Assembly (NCBI GenBank): GCA_001643675.2
Contig: LSRY02000019.1
Span: 930,001 to 994,000, forward strand
DNA length: 64,000 nt
Reading direction: 5' to 3'
Source of the DNA: Monocercomonoides exilis PA203
Lineage: Eukaryota; Protista; Preaxostyla
The notes beneath the pieces are model-generated. The model was not told where the DNA came from. It did not search any database and saw nothing but the letters and a program-made list of their open reading frames with translations. Of this stretch, positions 26,558 through 40,514 are shown in pieces. The number at the start of each line of letters is the position of its first letter. Within the stretch, counting starts at the first letter, position 1. Made by a program: the position numbers and the translations under genes.

Positions 26558-27084
26558 GGTAAGATGTAACATATTGGGTCCCGATTTTAACTGTAAATTA
26601 TTCTCAATATTTCACCAAATTTAACACATTCGAATATCATCATTCATCAAATGATATTTTTTGTAAAAAAATTATGATTTCTATTGAAAAATCCTATCAT
26701 AACATAATTTTTAAATCATTATCACTCAAAAGGTGGAACAAATTTATTCGAAAATTATTTGATGATAATGAAAAGAAAACTTTTATGATGATGAAAAATC
26801 TTCAGATTCTGTAAATAGCAACTTATTTTATTTAGGTATTTGTGAATTGAGTGAATTAAAGTAGAAAATAATTTGAAGAATGAAGAAGATTTTAATGATT
26901 CTGTAAATATTTGTAAATTCTGGTTTTATTTTTGGTAATGAAACTGAAATTCACAACTTATTTGTTAATCGTTGAAACTTAATTACACATTTATTAATCG
27001 AATTTTCAACAATGAAGTATATTTAAGAAACAATTCAAGATAATTTCTATGAAAATTTTCGGACCCAATAAGTTACACTTTACC
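26558..27084. mobile_element. Non-autonomous Merlin-like MITE, 527 bp
   Basis: TIRs GGTAAGATGTAACATATTGGGTCC / GGACCCAATAAGTTACACTTTACC. Perfect 8-bp TSD ATAATGTA at 26550-26557 and 27085-27092. Confidence 0.9.
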
Positions 27085-27547
27085 ATAATGTATTTGTTGT
27101 TTAATCATTTTAAATGAAAACTGCTTTTTATATTGAGAGTTTACAATAAATAAAAACTGTTTAAAAAAAACCAATAAGTTTATAATACCTCAATAACCAA
27201 CAACACCGCATTTCTTTTTAAAAAAACAGTTTTATTTGTCATGAATATTATACCAGATATGTTTATAATCGATTGAACGCGTGATAAGTTCTCTTCATTA
27301 AAGTTATGCAATTTATATGATAATTTTAAAATTTTTTTTTAAAACTGAAAAAAACAAATATTAAATAATTAATATCTATAAATGAATAATAATAATAATA
27401 TTTTCAGCCGTCTTTTCACATAATTTTTCTAAATTTTTTCTTATCAGCCCAACCCTTAATGAAATATATATTTGATCAAACGTCGGAATTTTTTATGATA
27501 TCAAAAAAAATCACCCAATTAAACTTTTATTTTTTATTCATTAATTA

Positions 27548-27655
27548 CACCATAAATAATTCTATTTCGAAAAAAAATAATTCGATTTCGAAATTAATAA
27601 TTCAAAATCGAAAGAAAATAATTCAAATTCGAAAGAAAATAATTCAAATTCGGAA
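27548..27655. repeat. Solo terminal fragment with AATAATTC..TTCGAAA subrepeats; inverted copy of 53025-53136
   Basis: TA-CACC..AATAATTCTATTTCGAAA...AATTAATAATTCAAAATCGAAAGAAAATAATTCAAATTCG is shared in inverted orientation. Confidence 0.7.
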
Positions 27656-27928
27656 TTTCTCAAATGAATAGAATCATTTTGTTTAACATTAAAATCCGAT
27701 GTCGTACGCTTATTGAAGAATCATTACATGTTTTTTTTCTTTTCAAAAAATATATATTATTCGATGAAAAAAAGAGAGAAATGAAATTTTGAAGATGTTT
27801 TTAATTCATAAAAAATTGAGTTTGCTTGATTAAATTTTCTCACTTATTTTCTTGTTATTTCATTGATGAAAATACAGATACTTATATGTTTCAGAATCAA
27901 TAATATTTGAAAAAATGATTGGATAATT

Positions 27929-29100
27929 TTGAACTTTTTTGCAATTTCAAAATTCACCATTCTTTTTGGATTTTTTTATGTGACAGTTCTTCTCTTTCAT
28001 TTATTTTTCTACATTTCTTCTCTTCTCCAAACCTCATCAAATTCTTCAATCTCTTCCCCCCCCCCCCCCCACTCACTCAATCCATTCACCTCAACCATTT
28101 CTTTCTCCTCTTCCACTTCCACAAACATTAACATCAACACCAATACAATCCCATCTTTCTCCCTCCACTCATCTCTCTCCATCCACTCATCCATCTTCAA
28201 ACACACCCACAACCCCATCGATGGTGCCATTTTCCCCAACCTCAACAGTCCATTCACTTCTCTCTCTGCCTTCAATGTTTCTTTTCTCCACCAAGCACGA
28301 TCTTCTCCAAATGATCTTGTAAAATATTACGGATCCGAAACCCAAAGAGCGAAACCTGGTAGATTGTCCTTTACTGAATTGAACAGCTATCTCTTTGAGT
28401 GGTGCGAATGGAATGATTCAACTGGTGGATCAAGTTATGGAGGTGCGCTTTATGTTAACCGCACAAATGCAAACCTCACAATCACTTCCTGTTCATTCAA
28501 TAATTGTTCAACCAGTTATCATGGTGGAGCGATATTCTGTGAAAATTTGTTAAAAACAGATATCACAAAATCGAATATTACAAATTGTTCAGCCAATCAT
28601 GCAGGAGCTGCTTATGTCAGTGGGCCACGATCAAATTCTGTTTATTCATTCTCAGAAAACAAATTTGAAATTTGCTCAATAACAAACTGGTGTGGAACTG
28701 GCTGGTATTTTACGCTTGAAGGAACTCCAACAAATGCTCAATTCTTGTTCATCAAATGCAAGTGCATCTCAAATTCTGGTAACGATTCTGCTGGTTCTCC
28801 AACATTTTATTATCCTCCAAACAATAAACAAAAGCAATTTTTTGTTGAAGAGTGTCAGTATATAAATAATAAATTGACAAATTCGCGCACTTTTGGTGGT
28901 GCTGGCATTTGCTGCACCAAAACATTTTCCTGGATGAGTGGAACAAAATTCATCACTTTCTGTTTCTTCGAAGGCAATCAGCAACGAATGTAAGAGGAAA
29001 TGATGTGTTCTTCGGTGGAAGCAGCATCACTCAATCTCCATTTGAAAATTGTGGCTCAACAACTCCAACAAAAATAGTGTGGAATGACAAAACATCTGCA
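27929..29100 (+). pseudogene. Beta-helix surface protein (GGA[LI] repeats), frameshifted at ~28980 and truncated
   Basis: GGALYV, CSFNNC, GGAIFC and GNDVFF motifs. The paralog at 48331-50244 shows the frame should continue. Confidence 0.75.
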
Positions 29101-29179
29101 AAAATAAGGGTGTGAGAGTTTGCCCCATTTCATTGTTTCTCCCCCTTTTCATTCATTGAAATTGAACGTACAATTTTTC

Positions 29180-29690
29180 CTCTTTTTTTTCGTCTTCTTC
29201 TTCTTCTTCTTCTTCTTCTTCTTCTTCTTCCTTTTCCTCCTCCTCCTTTTCTTCTTCTTCTTCTTCTTCTTCTTCTTCTTCTTCTTCCTCCTCCTCCTCC
29301 TCCTCCTCCTCCTCCTCTTCTTCTTCTTCTTCTTCCTCCTCCTCCTCCTTCTCCTCTTCCTCTTTTTTTTTTCGTCTTCTTCTTCTTCTTCTTCTTCTTC
29401 TTCAAATTCCTCTTCTTCCTCTTCTTCCTCTTCTTCCTCTTCTTCCTCTTCTTCCTCTTCTTCCTCTTCTTCCTCTTCTTCCTCTTCTTCCTCTTCTTCC
29501 TCTTCTTCCTCTTCTTCCTCTTCTTCCTCTTCTTCCTCTTCTTCCTCTTCTTCCTCTTCTTCCTCTTCTTCCTCTTCTTCCTCTTCTTCCTCTTCTTCCT
29601 CTTCTTCCTCTTCTTCCTCTTCTTCCTCTTCTTCCTCTTCTTCCTCTTCTTCCTCTTCTTCCTCTTCTTCCTCTTCTTCTTTTTCTTCTT
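29180..29690. repeat. (TTC)n/(CTC)n and (TCTTCTTCC)n microsatellite
   Basis: Perfect 9-mer array at ~29407-29680. Confidence 0.97.
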
Positions 29691-32600
29691 CATTTGCATC
29701 TCCCAATCCATTTCTTTCCTTTCATTCAAAAAATCCCTTCAATCCTCAAGACCACATTTCCCTTCATAATATTCAATAAAATCTGGAACTTTGTTTTCTT
29801 TCACTTTGCTCATCAAACTTCCCTCTTTTCTTTCTTTTCCATTTTTTCTCTTTCTAATTTTTGTTTCTGCTTTATTTCATAACAAATGCTCTTTTTCTTC
29901 ATTTTCCTCTTTATCGTCGATTCCGATGATGAATGCAAAGTGATCCAATCAGTTGAAGCAATGATGATGAGAACAATGAGGAGGAGGAGGAAGAGGATGA
30001 TAATGATTGGGATGAATTTGTGTGAAATGTCGATGATGTGTTTGAAGAAGAAGAAGAAGATGAATGAATAGAACGAGTTGATTAATTGTTGAAAATTGAG
30101 AAGATGAGATCCAATAAATATCAACGGAAAAATTCATTGAAATTCCCGTCTTATGTTCATTTTTCTTCTGCAGAGATGTAACCTCTGAATCCTTTCACTT
30201 TCAGCTCAATCTCTTTCCTCTTTCCAACAATAAATACAAAGCACGCGTCAATCTCTTTTTCATTCCATCTCTTCCTTTTTCGCTTCCCCTCTTTCACAAA
30301 AAATCATCATTCCTCAAAAACCAATTCTTCGCCAAAGCACAATGCCAGGCATCTTCATAATATCTCGCATTTCATCAATCTTCATTTCATTTTTCTTCCC
30401 TGCTTTTATTTTTCTTCTTCAAAGCCACCTAATCCCTCATTCTTTCAACATTCTTAAAACAAAATAATAATCACTTCAAAAAAATAACGACAGCAAACCT
30501 ACTAAACATATTTTTAAGCCAATGTCTATATTTTATCCTATTGGCACCTGTTTTCTTTATCAATTTCATTATTCCTTCCGTTTTCAAGTGTTTCATCATC
30601 TGATTCGCAAATCATCCTTTCCATCAGTTGTTTCTCCATCAAGTGCATCGATATCTTGCTCTTCTGAAAAATGTGAAATTTATGCATTTTGCTCAAATTC
30701 CTTCTTTCTCATTGAAAAATATCATTGTTTTTCGTCTGAAAATATCATCTCCAATTCCCTTCTCAACCCCTTCATCCTGGGCACTTTCCATATGAATTCG
30801 CTCTCCCAACTCCATACCCACCCTGCACAACGAGAAAAAAAGCTTTCATTCATTTTCATTCTTTTCCACCTCCTCCCCTGAAAACAACACAAAAACAATC
30901 AACAGATAAATGTCTAAATTTTTTTGAAAAGTTCTTTTTGTTAAATTTTCAAATAGAATAAAAATTTCTTATTTCGATCAAATTTCTGTTTCCACTCACC
31001 AAATTTTGCTGTTATAAAAACAAAATCTTGACAATGTTTTTATTTCCATTTGAGTGAAGTTTCGTTCGTTGGAACATGAATTTGATCGAATTTTGAAATT
31101 TTTTCTTTATTTGAAAATTAAACAAAAGGAACTTTTCAAAAAAAATTTGACAAATATTCATATAAAGAATAATAAATAAATACCAAACTGTCCTTTTGGT
31201 GTATTTTGCCAACAGCCTCATCTCCACAGCTATTATCATTCAAAAAGCAATCTCTTCATTTCAATTTCAGAATGGTCGAATTGTAGCTCAAAATACATTT
31301 CCACAAAATGCATCGTGTATCTCATTAGAGAGTCTTCTCAGCCCATTCACATTGTGGCTGATGTCCAGAGCGGTTTTTTCTGTTTTTGGCATGATCATCT
31401 CCTTTAATAATATTCTCAATAACACAAAGCAGTATTTGATGTTAATCTCATCAACTCCACGCACAAAAGGGATATGGTGCAGAGAAGAGATGGAAGAGGA
31501 TTATTTGTGGCAGGTGGTGGGAGTTGAGTGGTTTTTGGAATGTTAATATTTCGAGAGGGGTTTTTGAATTAAAGAAATTCTGAGACAAAGGGGTGGTGAA
31601 GAGTGGGTGGGGATTTTGAGAAGATAACATAGCAAATACATAGAGAAGTTGCTGAGGATGGTGGGGAATGTGTCAATTGTTGATTGGATAAATGGATTTT
31701 GAAAAGAAAGAAAAGAGGGCAAAAGCGGGACAGAAGAGGAAAACTGTGAAATATTCAAATGGAAGAGGGGTATTTTTTTTTTTTTTGAGAGGAGAAGAAT
31801 ATTTTTTGGAAGAGAATGAGAATTCTGAAGAAAAGGAGGGGATTGACATTTCATGAGAACAAGGAAAGAAAACAAGAAATACAGAGATTCAAATATTTTT
31901 TAAGATTGTTGCGGATTTGATATGATGTGACTGGATGCGAAAGAAAGCGATAAAGTGATTGAGAGAGAAGAAGAAGAAAAGAAAAAGATATGAATATCGT
32001 TATTTTATTCGGAAATTTATTGATTTCTTTTTTCAAACGATAAATAAAGTCAAATTTTTGTTTTTATCTTGTTTGAATCACTTTTATTTTTATTACTCAA
32101 GTTTTCATGTGATAAAAAGAAATTGATCATTTTCAATCTTTGTTATTTGATATCAGAAATAATTTTCATCTTTTTTTCCATAACTTCAAGTTGAATTAAT
32201 GTTTTTTAACAAAAATTTGGACTGTTATAAACTCAATTTAAAAATATTTTTTGTTTCATTTTGTGTTTTTCATATTAGATCATAATTTCTTTTCGACCCG
32301 CTATTTATATTTTTCACTTCATTTTTTGTATATATCATTTCTCCATATACACAAATAAATGTATTTTGACATGAAACATGTTTCTTATGGGGGGGAAATG
32401 GGGGGGGTTTCTCCTCCATTTGACTTTCATAAGAAACTGGTGGGTTACATGGTGATTAAATCCCATAAATTCATGTCAAAAAATTTTCTATGAAAAATTA
32501 CAACTACTGAGCAATTTACAATTTAATATCAATATGGAAAATTAATTACTATATTTGAATTTCTAAATAATGGGAATGAAAAAAATTACATATGAGCCAA

Positions 32601-32846
32601 ATTAACGAAAAGGAAAAGCATTCTATTGAAGAGTTGGATCAAAGATAACAAGAATCAGCCTTGCATTACACAACTGATAAAATCAACTCAAAACTTAAAA
32701 GATCTTCGCAAGAATTAGAAGAAGTCATTGAAGGAAAAAAAAAGGCAAATACCACCTGCAAAAGAACAAGAACCTATAAACATTCCTGATGATTGCCTCC
32801 AATTAGGTGAATGAAAAGTTTCAAAAACAAAAAGGAAGCGAGGACT

Positions 32847-33166
32847 GCATAAGTGTAGAATAATACCTCCTTCAATTTAAAGATATTTTGAACAATAATA
32901 GCATGGAAATAAATAGCATAAAAAAACAACACTTTTGGGTGGAGCAGTTCTTTGAAATATCTTCAAATTTTTATAAGAAAATAATTTTTGATCAATCCCA
33001 TAATTAAATATTTGAATCTGATTTTAAAGTTTTTTGTGCGAACGCGGAAGAATTGAAGGTTGATTGATGTATTAAACAATGCACCGCTTATAGTTACACA
33101 AATTATGTTTGACTTTGCTATATTTTTTTCTCTTTTTTCATGTTATTCTTTTTATTTGTAACTTTC
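32847..33166 (-). repeat. Inverted, apparently identical copy of the 320-bp leader of the IS630/Tc1 gene (51116-51435)
   Basis: Reverse complement matches by eye over 320 bp and ends 1 nt after the ATG. Confidence 0.92.
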
Positions 33167-35399
33167 ACTTCTCTGACAACATTAAAAAGTTTATTTGATT
33201 TATTAGCATTTTAAATCAATATAAACAAATAATTTCAAAGTTTAAATATACGTTTCAATACAATTATTTTTCATTTTTTCGAAAATTTGTTATTTTAATG
33301 ACAATGAAATTCGAATAAACAATTTTTCTTTTGTATTGAGAAATAGGCTGTCATTTTTATCGTTTTTAAATAACAATCAATAGATTCTTACGTATGAAAA
33401 TACCTATTTTCTTTTACATTTCACTTTTATTAAGTTATCTCATATCTTTTGTTGTATTCAAAAAAATATGCTATCAAAGAAGTATTTCAATTTTTTTGTT
33501 GATTCGTTTCAGCAGAATGAAAAGAATAAAATATTTTAATCAATAGGAATTATTTCTTCGTTGTTTCCGTAGAAGAAATGATGAGAAAAAAAAAATAATT
33601 ACTTTTATTCATTGTTTTCAAAAACTTATAGAATCCAAAATAAGTCTTCAATAACATTCAATAACAAACAAATCTATGAATTGAATTTGAAAAGCAAACA
33701 ACTTTATCAAAAATATAAATTTGTTCATGTTTTCAAACTTATCAATATCAATTGATTTTCTTTTCTTTTCTTTCATTTCATCTTCTTGCCTTCTTTTCTT
33801 CTCACTGAAATCTTTAAAAAAACGTTTAGAATTCAGATTCCATTTTGTTATTCAGTATTTGTTACTGTATCTTATCCAAAATGAAATCGATAATTGCTCT
33901 TTACAGCAAGAAATCAACAAACAAAGTTTTGTTACCTGCAATGCTCCTTCATAAAAGAATTATTCATATGCAAATTGCCTTGTTGTTTCTCTTTGCTGAT
34001 CGAAAACCACACGCAATTCCACCATTTAGCTCAATGTTTTCTTCATCCCACAATTGACATAATTCAAAGAATGAAAAGCATGAGTTTAATTGAATGCATT
34101 TAGGCTTTCACTTTTATCTTTTTCATCTCCAATTATTTATGAATAATAAATGAATTTGAAGAAAAAGAAAAAATGTAGGAAGAAGAAGAAATTGAATTAG
34201 AAGATAACTGTGATAATGTTGCAGAAGAAAAGGAAGAAGAAGAAGAAGAGAAAGGAGAAAGAGGAAGAAGAAGAAGAAGAATAATTATAATAATAATAAT
34301 AAGATGATGATGATAAAGAATTGCACTCTTTCCCCGTGCCTTTCCCACAATCACCCCCTCCCCTATTCCCCTCTGCTTTACCCCAATTCAACCTGCACAT
34401 CTCCACATAGCTCTTCTTCAAAGCCAAATTTGTCAAATCCAACGAAGCCTGCAGAGGCATCACAGGAACACCGTATGTGCCTAGAAATGTTCCGTCTGAA
34501 GTGAACAAGGCGCTGTGCTTGCTGAAGGTCAGGAGGAGGAAAGGAGGGGCTGTTTTGTGCGGGAAAAAGGGGTGGAGGAGAGGGAGAGAAGAGGAAAAGG
34601 GGTAAGAAGAAGAAGAAGAGGAGGAGGAGGATGAAGAAGATGATGATATTTCATTTATTCGAGAAGATGAAGAAGAAGAAGAGGAGGAAAGAGAAGAAGA
34701 AGAGAATGAGAAGAGGAAGGAGAAGGAGAAGAAGGAGAAGAAGAAGAAGAAGAGGTAGAAGTCACAAGCCAAGAAGTTATGAAATTACCACTTCCTCCGG
34801 AAAAGATGATGGAAGAAGAAGAAGAAGAAGCAGGAGTTGCCGCAGACGGCGAAGTCAACGAGCCAGCAGGAGAGCGAGGTGTCGTCTCAATTCTTCCTGT
34901 CGACAGCGCAAAAGCTGAAGTTTGCACGTTCTTTTTGTGCTCAAACACAGTTGGAGGTGCAATCGAAGGCGCAAACAAAGCAGAAGTGACTTCGTGTTCG
35001 TGTGTGGTGAACAGAGTGATGGTGAAGGAGGCAGCAGCTTTCGCACGCGAAGCAGCGAGAAAAGCAGAAGCAGCGCTGGGTTTCTTCTTCATTTTGGAGG
35101 ATCTTTCGAATTCGATTGAGGAAGAAGAAGAAGTTGTGGAAGGGGAAGGTGAAGGAGAAGAGGAGGAGGAGGAGGAAGAGGAAGACGAAGATATGAGTGA
35201 AGAGGAGGAGGAGTGGAAGGAATTGGAAGAAGAGGAGAGAGAGAAGAAGAAGAAAAGGAGAAGAAGAAGAAGAAAAGGAGGAAAAATTACGTGTGGGATT
35301 TCTTTGAAGTTGAAATGGAGAGAATAGATGAAAGGGAGCAAACGTTGATAACCTCTTTTCCAGAAGGACTGGCTTTCAATTCTTTTGATGAAATGGTAG

Positions 35400-35815
35400 C
35401 CGAAACGCAATTCTCAAATGGAGATTGAATGATGCTTCTTCCATTGAAAAATACATCGTTTCCTCTGCCATTTGTTGCTGCATTTCCATCTGAGAAACAA
35501 AAAGTGATGAATTTTATTCCATTCGTCCAATTGAAGGTTGCATCCAAATAAATACCAGTGCCGCCACATGTTGATGAAGTTGATGTCAATTTATTGTTAA
35601 AGAACTGACAATCATTAACCAAAAATTTCTCTGGTTTATTGCTTGGAGGATAATTAAATGTTAGAGAACCAGTAGAACCACCACCAGAATTTGAAATGCA
35701 CTTGCATTTGGTGAAAAGGAATTGAGCATTTATTGGTGTACTTCCCATCTTAAAATACCACCCAGTTCCACACCAATTTGTGATTGAACAACTTTCCACT
35801 CTGTTTACTGAAAAT
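35400..35815 (-). pseudogene. Internal fragment of beta-helix surface protein gene
   Basis: CSITNWCGTGWYF...KCKCISNSG...GRGNDVFF...QSPFENC, paralogous to the 27929 and 48331 copies. Confidence 0.8.
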
Positions 35816-37199
35816 ACATGAATAAGACTGATTGCAGCCAAATAATACAATTCACTCCTCCATTTTTGTTAAAAAATTGGGACATTATTTTCGAAATCAT
35901 AATAAATTTCGGCAGTTGTTTTTTCTGAAAAATGAATCTTGATTTCTGCTTTATAAACTCAAATATCGTCTTTTGAAAGCAAGAACATATTATATTGAAT
36001 CGATATTTGATCTTTATGTTCATTATTTTTGGATTATATATTTTTTTCGAAAAAGATCATTTGAGGAATACTTTATTTTTCATTTCTGAAGATGGACTTT
36101 TTGTCAGCTGTAAGTGAATGAATAATTGTTAATGATTTTCAACAAACAAGTTAACTTCACGAATGTTTATGTTTATATACACAAAGGAAATGAGAATGCT
36201 TGATTATTTTCGTTGATGTTTGATTGTTTGAAATTTATTATTAATGTCTCACAGCCCTTTTAATTTTATTAAAAAACATGGTAACAATATTTTTTTTAAA
36301 TTGATTCAATAGCTGAGTATCATGTTTTTCGAGTTCATTACAGTTTTTAAACTTTTTTTGTTATTTCTTTGACTACTGAATAATTTTATAAGATTGATTG
36401 GTTCTTTTTTTGAATTTTATTTATCTTTTTTTTTTTTTTTGAATTCCAACAAATATTCAAACAAAGAATAGTCACAGTATCACTCTCATTTGTATTTTCA
36501 TGAAAGAACTTCAGAAGTATTTCCAGGTGTGGAAATCATGTTTAATGCATGTCATAATATGATTTTCACTAATTGAGTTACCAATAAGTATTATTATTAA
36601 CAAAGTTAAAGTTATCTATTGCACAAAAATCAAAGAATCGATTACAAAATAGTCAAAGACGGTTTTTGTTTGTTTGTTTTACTTATATGACATTTTGAAA
36701 GGTTTTATTCGGATAGAATATAGATTTAAGTTGTGTTCATTTCTTATTTTCGTTTATTACGAGTGTTTTTTTTAAAGAAAAAGGTGATGGATTCATTTGT
36801 TTTTTGAGTTTATTCCAAAATTACTGGAAATTCAAAGTTTAAATAAATCATGTTTTGTTTAAGAAAAACTTGCTCAATACATATGTTTTACAATTTATCG
36901 TTTACACTTTGTATTTTGCAATGTTGTTCAGGATAAAACAATTGTGATTTGAAAATTGATTCGATTCAATGAACCTTCGAGGAGAAGTTTTTCGAAATGA
37001 TTTGTGTAGCTTTCAGAAAAAGTCACTTGTTTTGTTTTTTTTTTCCTATTTAACTTGTGAAATTTATCTATCTCCATTTTCACGTTCGTCTGATGAAACA
37101 GTATGAAAAGCTCGGTATTAACTTGAGAGATTTTGTTTTTATGTTGATGAAAACATTCAATCACATCCTTCAAGTTTTATTTTGAAGAAGTTGTCGAAC

Positions 37200-40100
37200 A
37201 CAGGCTCTAAGCTCGATCAAATGATGAATCTGAATCAGTTGAGACTGCTGAAGAAATTGATGGTGAAGGTGTTTTTTTTTTCATGTTTCCTCCTCTTCTT
37301 TTTCCTCATCTTTCTCCAATGCCCATTCTGGAATCTTGTCTGAATCTTTCCCCAAGATGTATTCTGTTGATCCACTCTCACTCAACAAATGCTCTGATGA
37401 CTCTGAATGTTGAAGGCTTTTCTCGTACACCCTCTTCTTTATCCTCTCTTCATTCTTCTTCTCTGTCTCCCTTTCTGCTCTCCTCCATTGCTCTTCTGGT
37501 GACATCTCCATCGTCACCATCTCAAATGCTTTTGGATCCTTCTTCACTGTGTCTTCCACAATCACCTCCAGCTCTTCTGTTTTTCTCTTTTGCTTTTTCC
37601 ATCTAATTGTCACAGCAATGGAAACAATAAGTGCAATCAAAAACAAAACAACAAATATAATCGCAATTATAAATGCCCATGATTTCCCTTCTTTCACACC
37701 TTCAACAATCCTTTCATCTCCATTTCCCTTTGCTTCACTTGCATTCTTCAAAACGAATGACTGTGTTGAAGATGGAGATTCTGAATTCCCAAATAAAACA
37801 TGCACACTCACTTCTATTTCATTTCCACAATTGCTAAGGAGATCTTTTCCCCCACTTCCTTCAACTTCTCTTTCTGACATTAACCCACTTGCATCAAAAT
37901 CATAATGCTCAATCTCTTTCTCTTCTCCTTTCCTCTTCACAACTGAGAATGACATATTGCATGGAATAAAAAGCATTCCTTTGAATATCAACTTCATTCT
38001 ATCTGTCTCTTCTTTTGCTTCCACACTTTCCAACACAGGAATGAAGAATGATGAATCCCTCTCATAAACAATCCCTTCAAAACTGCACACATCATTCAAC
38101 ATCCAAAGAGAAGAGTTATCCTTCCATCCATCTCCTCCTTTCAGACTCACCAAATCCACCATAGCAGAGCCTGTGCAGACAACATTTCTTCGAGCTGATG
38201 TATATTGCAGGATGGAAGACGTGTTATTCACAAACATCCCCATGGTGATGTCAACATTCCCACAATCAACTGATATGCCACCTTCTGAAGAGTTTGTGAT
38301 GATTGTGTCCTTCAAGCGGCTGGTGCTATCAGAAAGATACATCAACGATCCATTCCAATGACATGCATCTTCAATTGCTGAATTATCAATGATATTTGCA
38401 TCATTTTGATATCCTTCAAAAAACGAAGATTCGATGGAAACATTATTGGACAGATCAATGGTCTGTGCATTTGTGGAATATGATGTCTGATTTGTGAACG
38501 AGCAGTTTGAGCAAGAGCAATTGGAAAGAACAATTTGAGCAGAAGTGGAAGAAGCTGAGAGAACAGAAGCTCCTTCCGAATTTCTTGAACACTTATTGAA
38601 TGAGCAGCTTCCAATAGAAACTGCTCCTGTTGACAAATCGTTTATCGCAATGACACAACCTTCAGTCAATTTCACTCCATCTGCAGATTCTCCATTTCAT
38701 GAAGCACTTTTTTATTTTCGAAGCATAACAACTTTTCTTTTTGATTCAATCTTCTTTTGTTTTCCATTTGTCAACGAAATCTGATCCTTTCAACTCAGAA
38801 AAGAAGGGTTCTTGAATGAAAACATCTTTCCTGAAAAGTTATCAACATGCTGAATTCTATGTTTGATGTTCAACAAAGTTGAGTTTGGAAAAACAGGTTG
38901 AGTGCAGTTCGATTGTTCAACAAATGAAAAATAAACAACCAAAAGAGAAAGTCTGAAACTTGCTTTTCAAATGAATGATAAGCTCGTATACAAAAATGAC
39001 TGACATAAATTGAATTTCACATTCTTTATCCAAACTCTCTCTCTGACGTTGTGATGATACTTTCTCAGTCATTGGTGGTTGTTAAGTTCAAGCATACAAA
39101 AGCTGATGAAGGATATTGAAGAGAGTGGATGCTAATATCTTGAACACTTCACACACCAAGAAAAACAGTTTGCTCTTTGATCAGCAGCTGAGAGAAATAC
39201 GATGGAACGATATGCTTCGCTCGCACATTCTGGAATCAAAAGGAGCACAGAACTCTGTACATTATTTGATGTCTGCGTGATTGTTTACAGTAACGGACAC
39301 AAGTGTTATCTCTCTCTGGTATTTCACAACCCTCAGCGGAAGATCCTCTTCGCCAATAAACGAGTCTGTTGTGCAGCCCCATATCGCTAACTCCTCAAAC
39401 GGAGCTCTGAAATCCTGCAAGAATTGTACATCCACTATCTGAGCATCAATTGAGTGGCATCGAACGTTCACATCTCTCCCTCTGAATGCAGAGTTGTCTC
39501 TGAATGTGATATTCGATAACACCAAGTTCAGAGGCTGCTCAGCTGTCGAGGTGAATTCCAGAAACAGCCAGCCACCTCTTCCTGTGGTTGAGCAGAAGCA
39601 CTCAAAAATCGTGCAAAACGAGCAGTCAAAGTTTCCTCCCTCATTCAACACAGAAAACATCCCTCCTCCCTTTCCACACTTTAACCCTCCGCACTTCATC
39701 ATCGTTATGTTTCTAACAACCATTTTCAATGGCTCTTCATCATTTTTGTTCCGAATGATGGGAGTATCATCGGTTGTATTCTGAGTGACTTCTTCGAATG
39801 AACTCCATTCAATAACAACATCTTGTTCAAATTCGTCGCTTTCTCTTCTTGAACTCTTTGTTATGCTCAATCCGCTTGCCCCATCCAGCTCAACATTCTT
39901 CATTGTCGAGTTCTTAATGTTCAAAATCGTTGAAGATAATACAGAAATTATATCTTTTGTAAGACAAAGTGATTGTATTGTCACAAATTCTAATTGAACA
40001 GTTCCTCCATCTGCTCTGATCAGCCCAAAGTTGATCATGTTTTCTCCGCTTTCTTCCATTTTTGTGAATGAACAGTCCTTCACAGTCAACAATCCATTGC

Positions 40101-40240
40101 TTGAACAAACGTGCAGCAAAGTTTTAGCTCCGCTTGCGAATGACGATGGAACAATGAAATTAATCAGCCCGAACTTGGCAATACCCTGAATCTTCATTGC
40201 CTTTCATTCTACTCTTTCAAGCAATTATGCGCATTCTTAA
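37200..40240 (-). pseudogene. Type I membrane beta-helix surface protein (C-terminal part), interrupted by stops and frameshifts
   Basis: ORFs 39262-40197 and 37281-38675. GGG-rich motifs, TM segment WAFIIAIIFVVLFLIALIVSIAVTI, charged cytoplasmic tail. Confidence 0.75.
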
Positions 40241-40514
40241 GATCCCACTTCGTTGTTATCATTCGATTTTGTTTCAGCAACGCTAAGATCGAAACATATT
40301 GGAGAACTCTTTTTCGTATGATTCCAATGTTTCTTTCGAATCAAATTAGTTATTGTAATAATTCTCATTGAAAATTTATTGATAAACACAGATAATGATA
40401 AATAAAAACAATGTCGACATTGAAAAAATACATAAACGAAAACAATAATATTGAATAATAAACTGCAAACGAGGAATTTTGTTTGTTTTTTCAATGAGTT
40501 AAGAGAAAGTCCAC

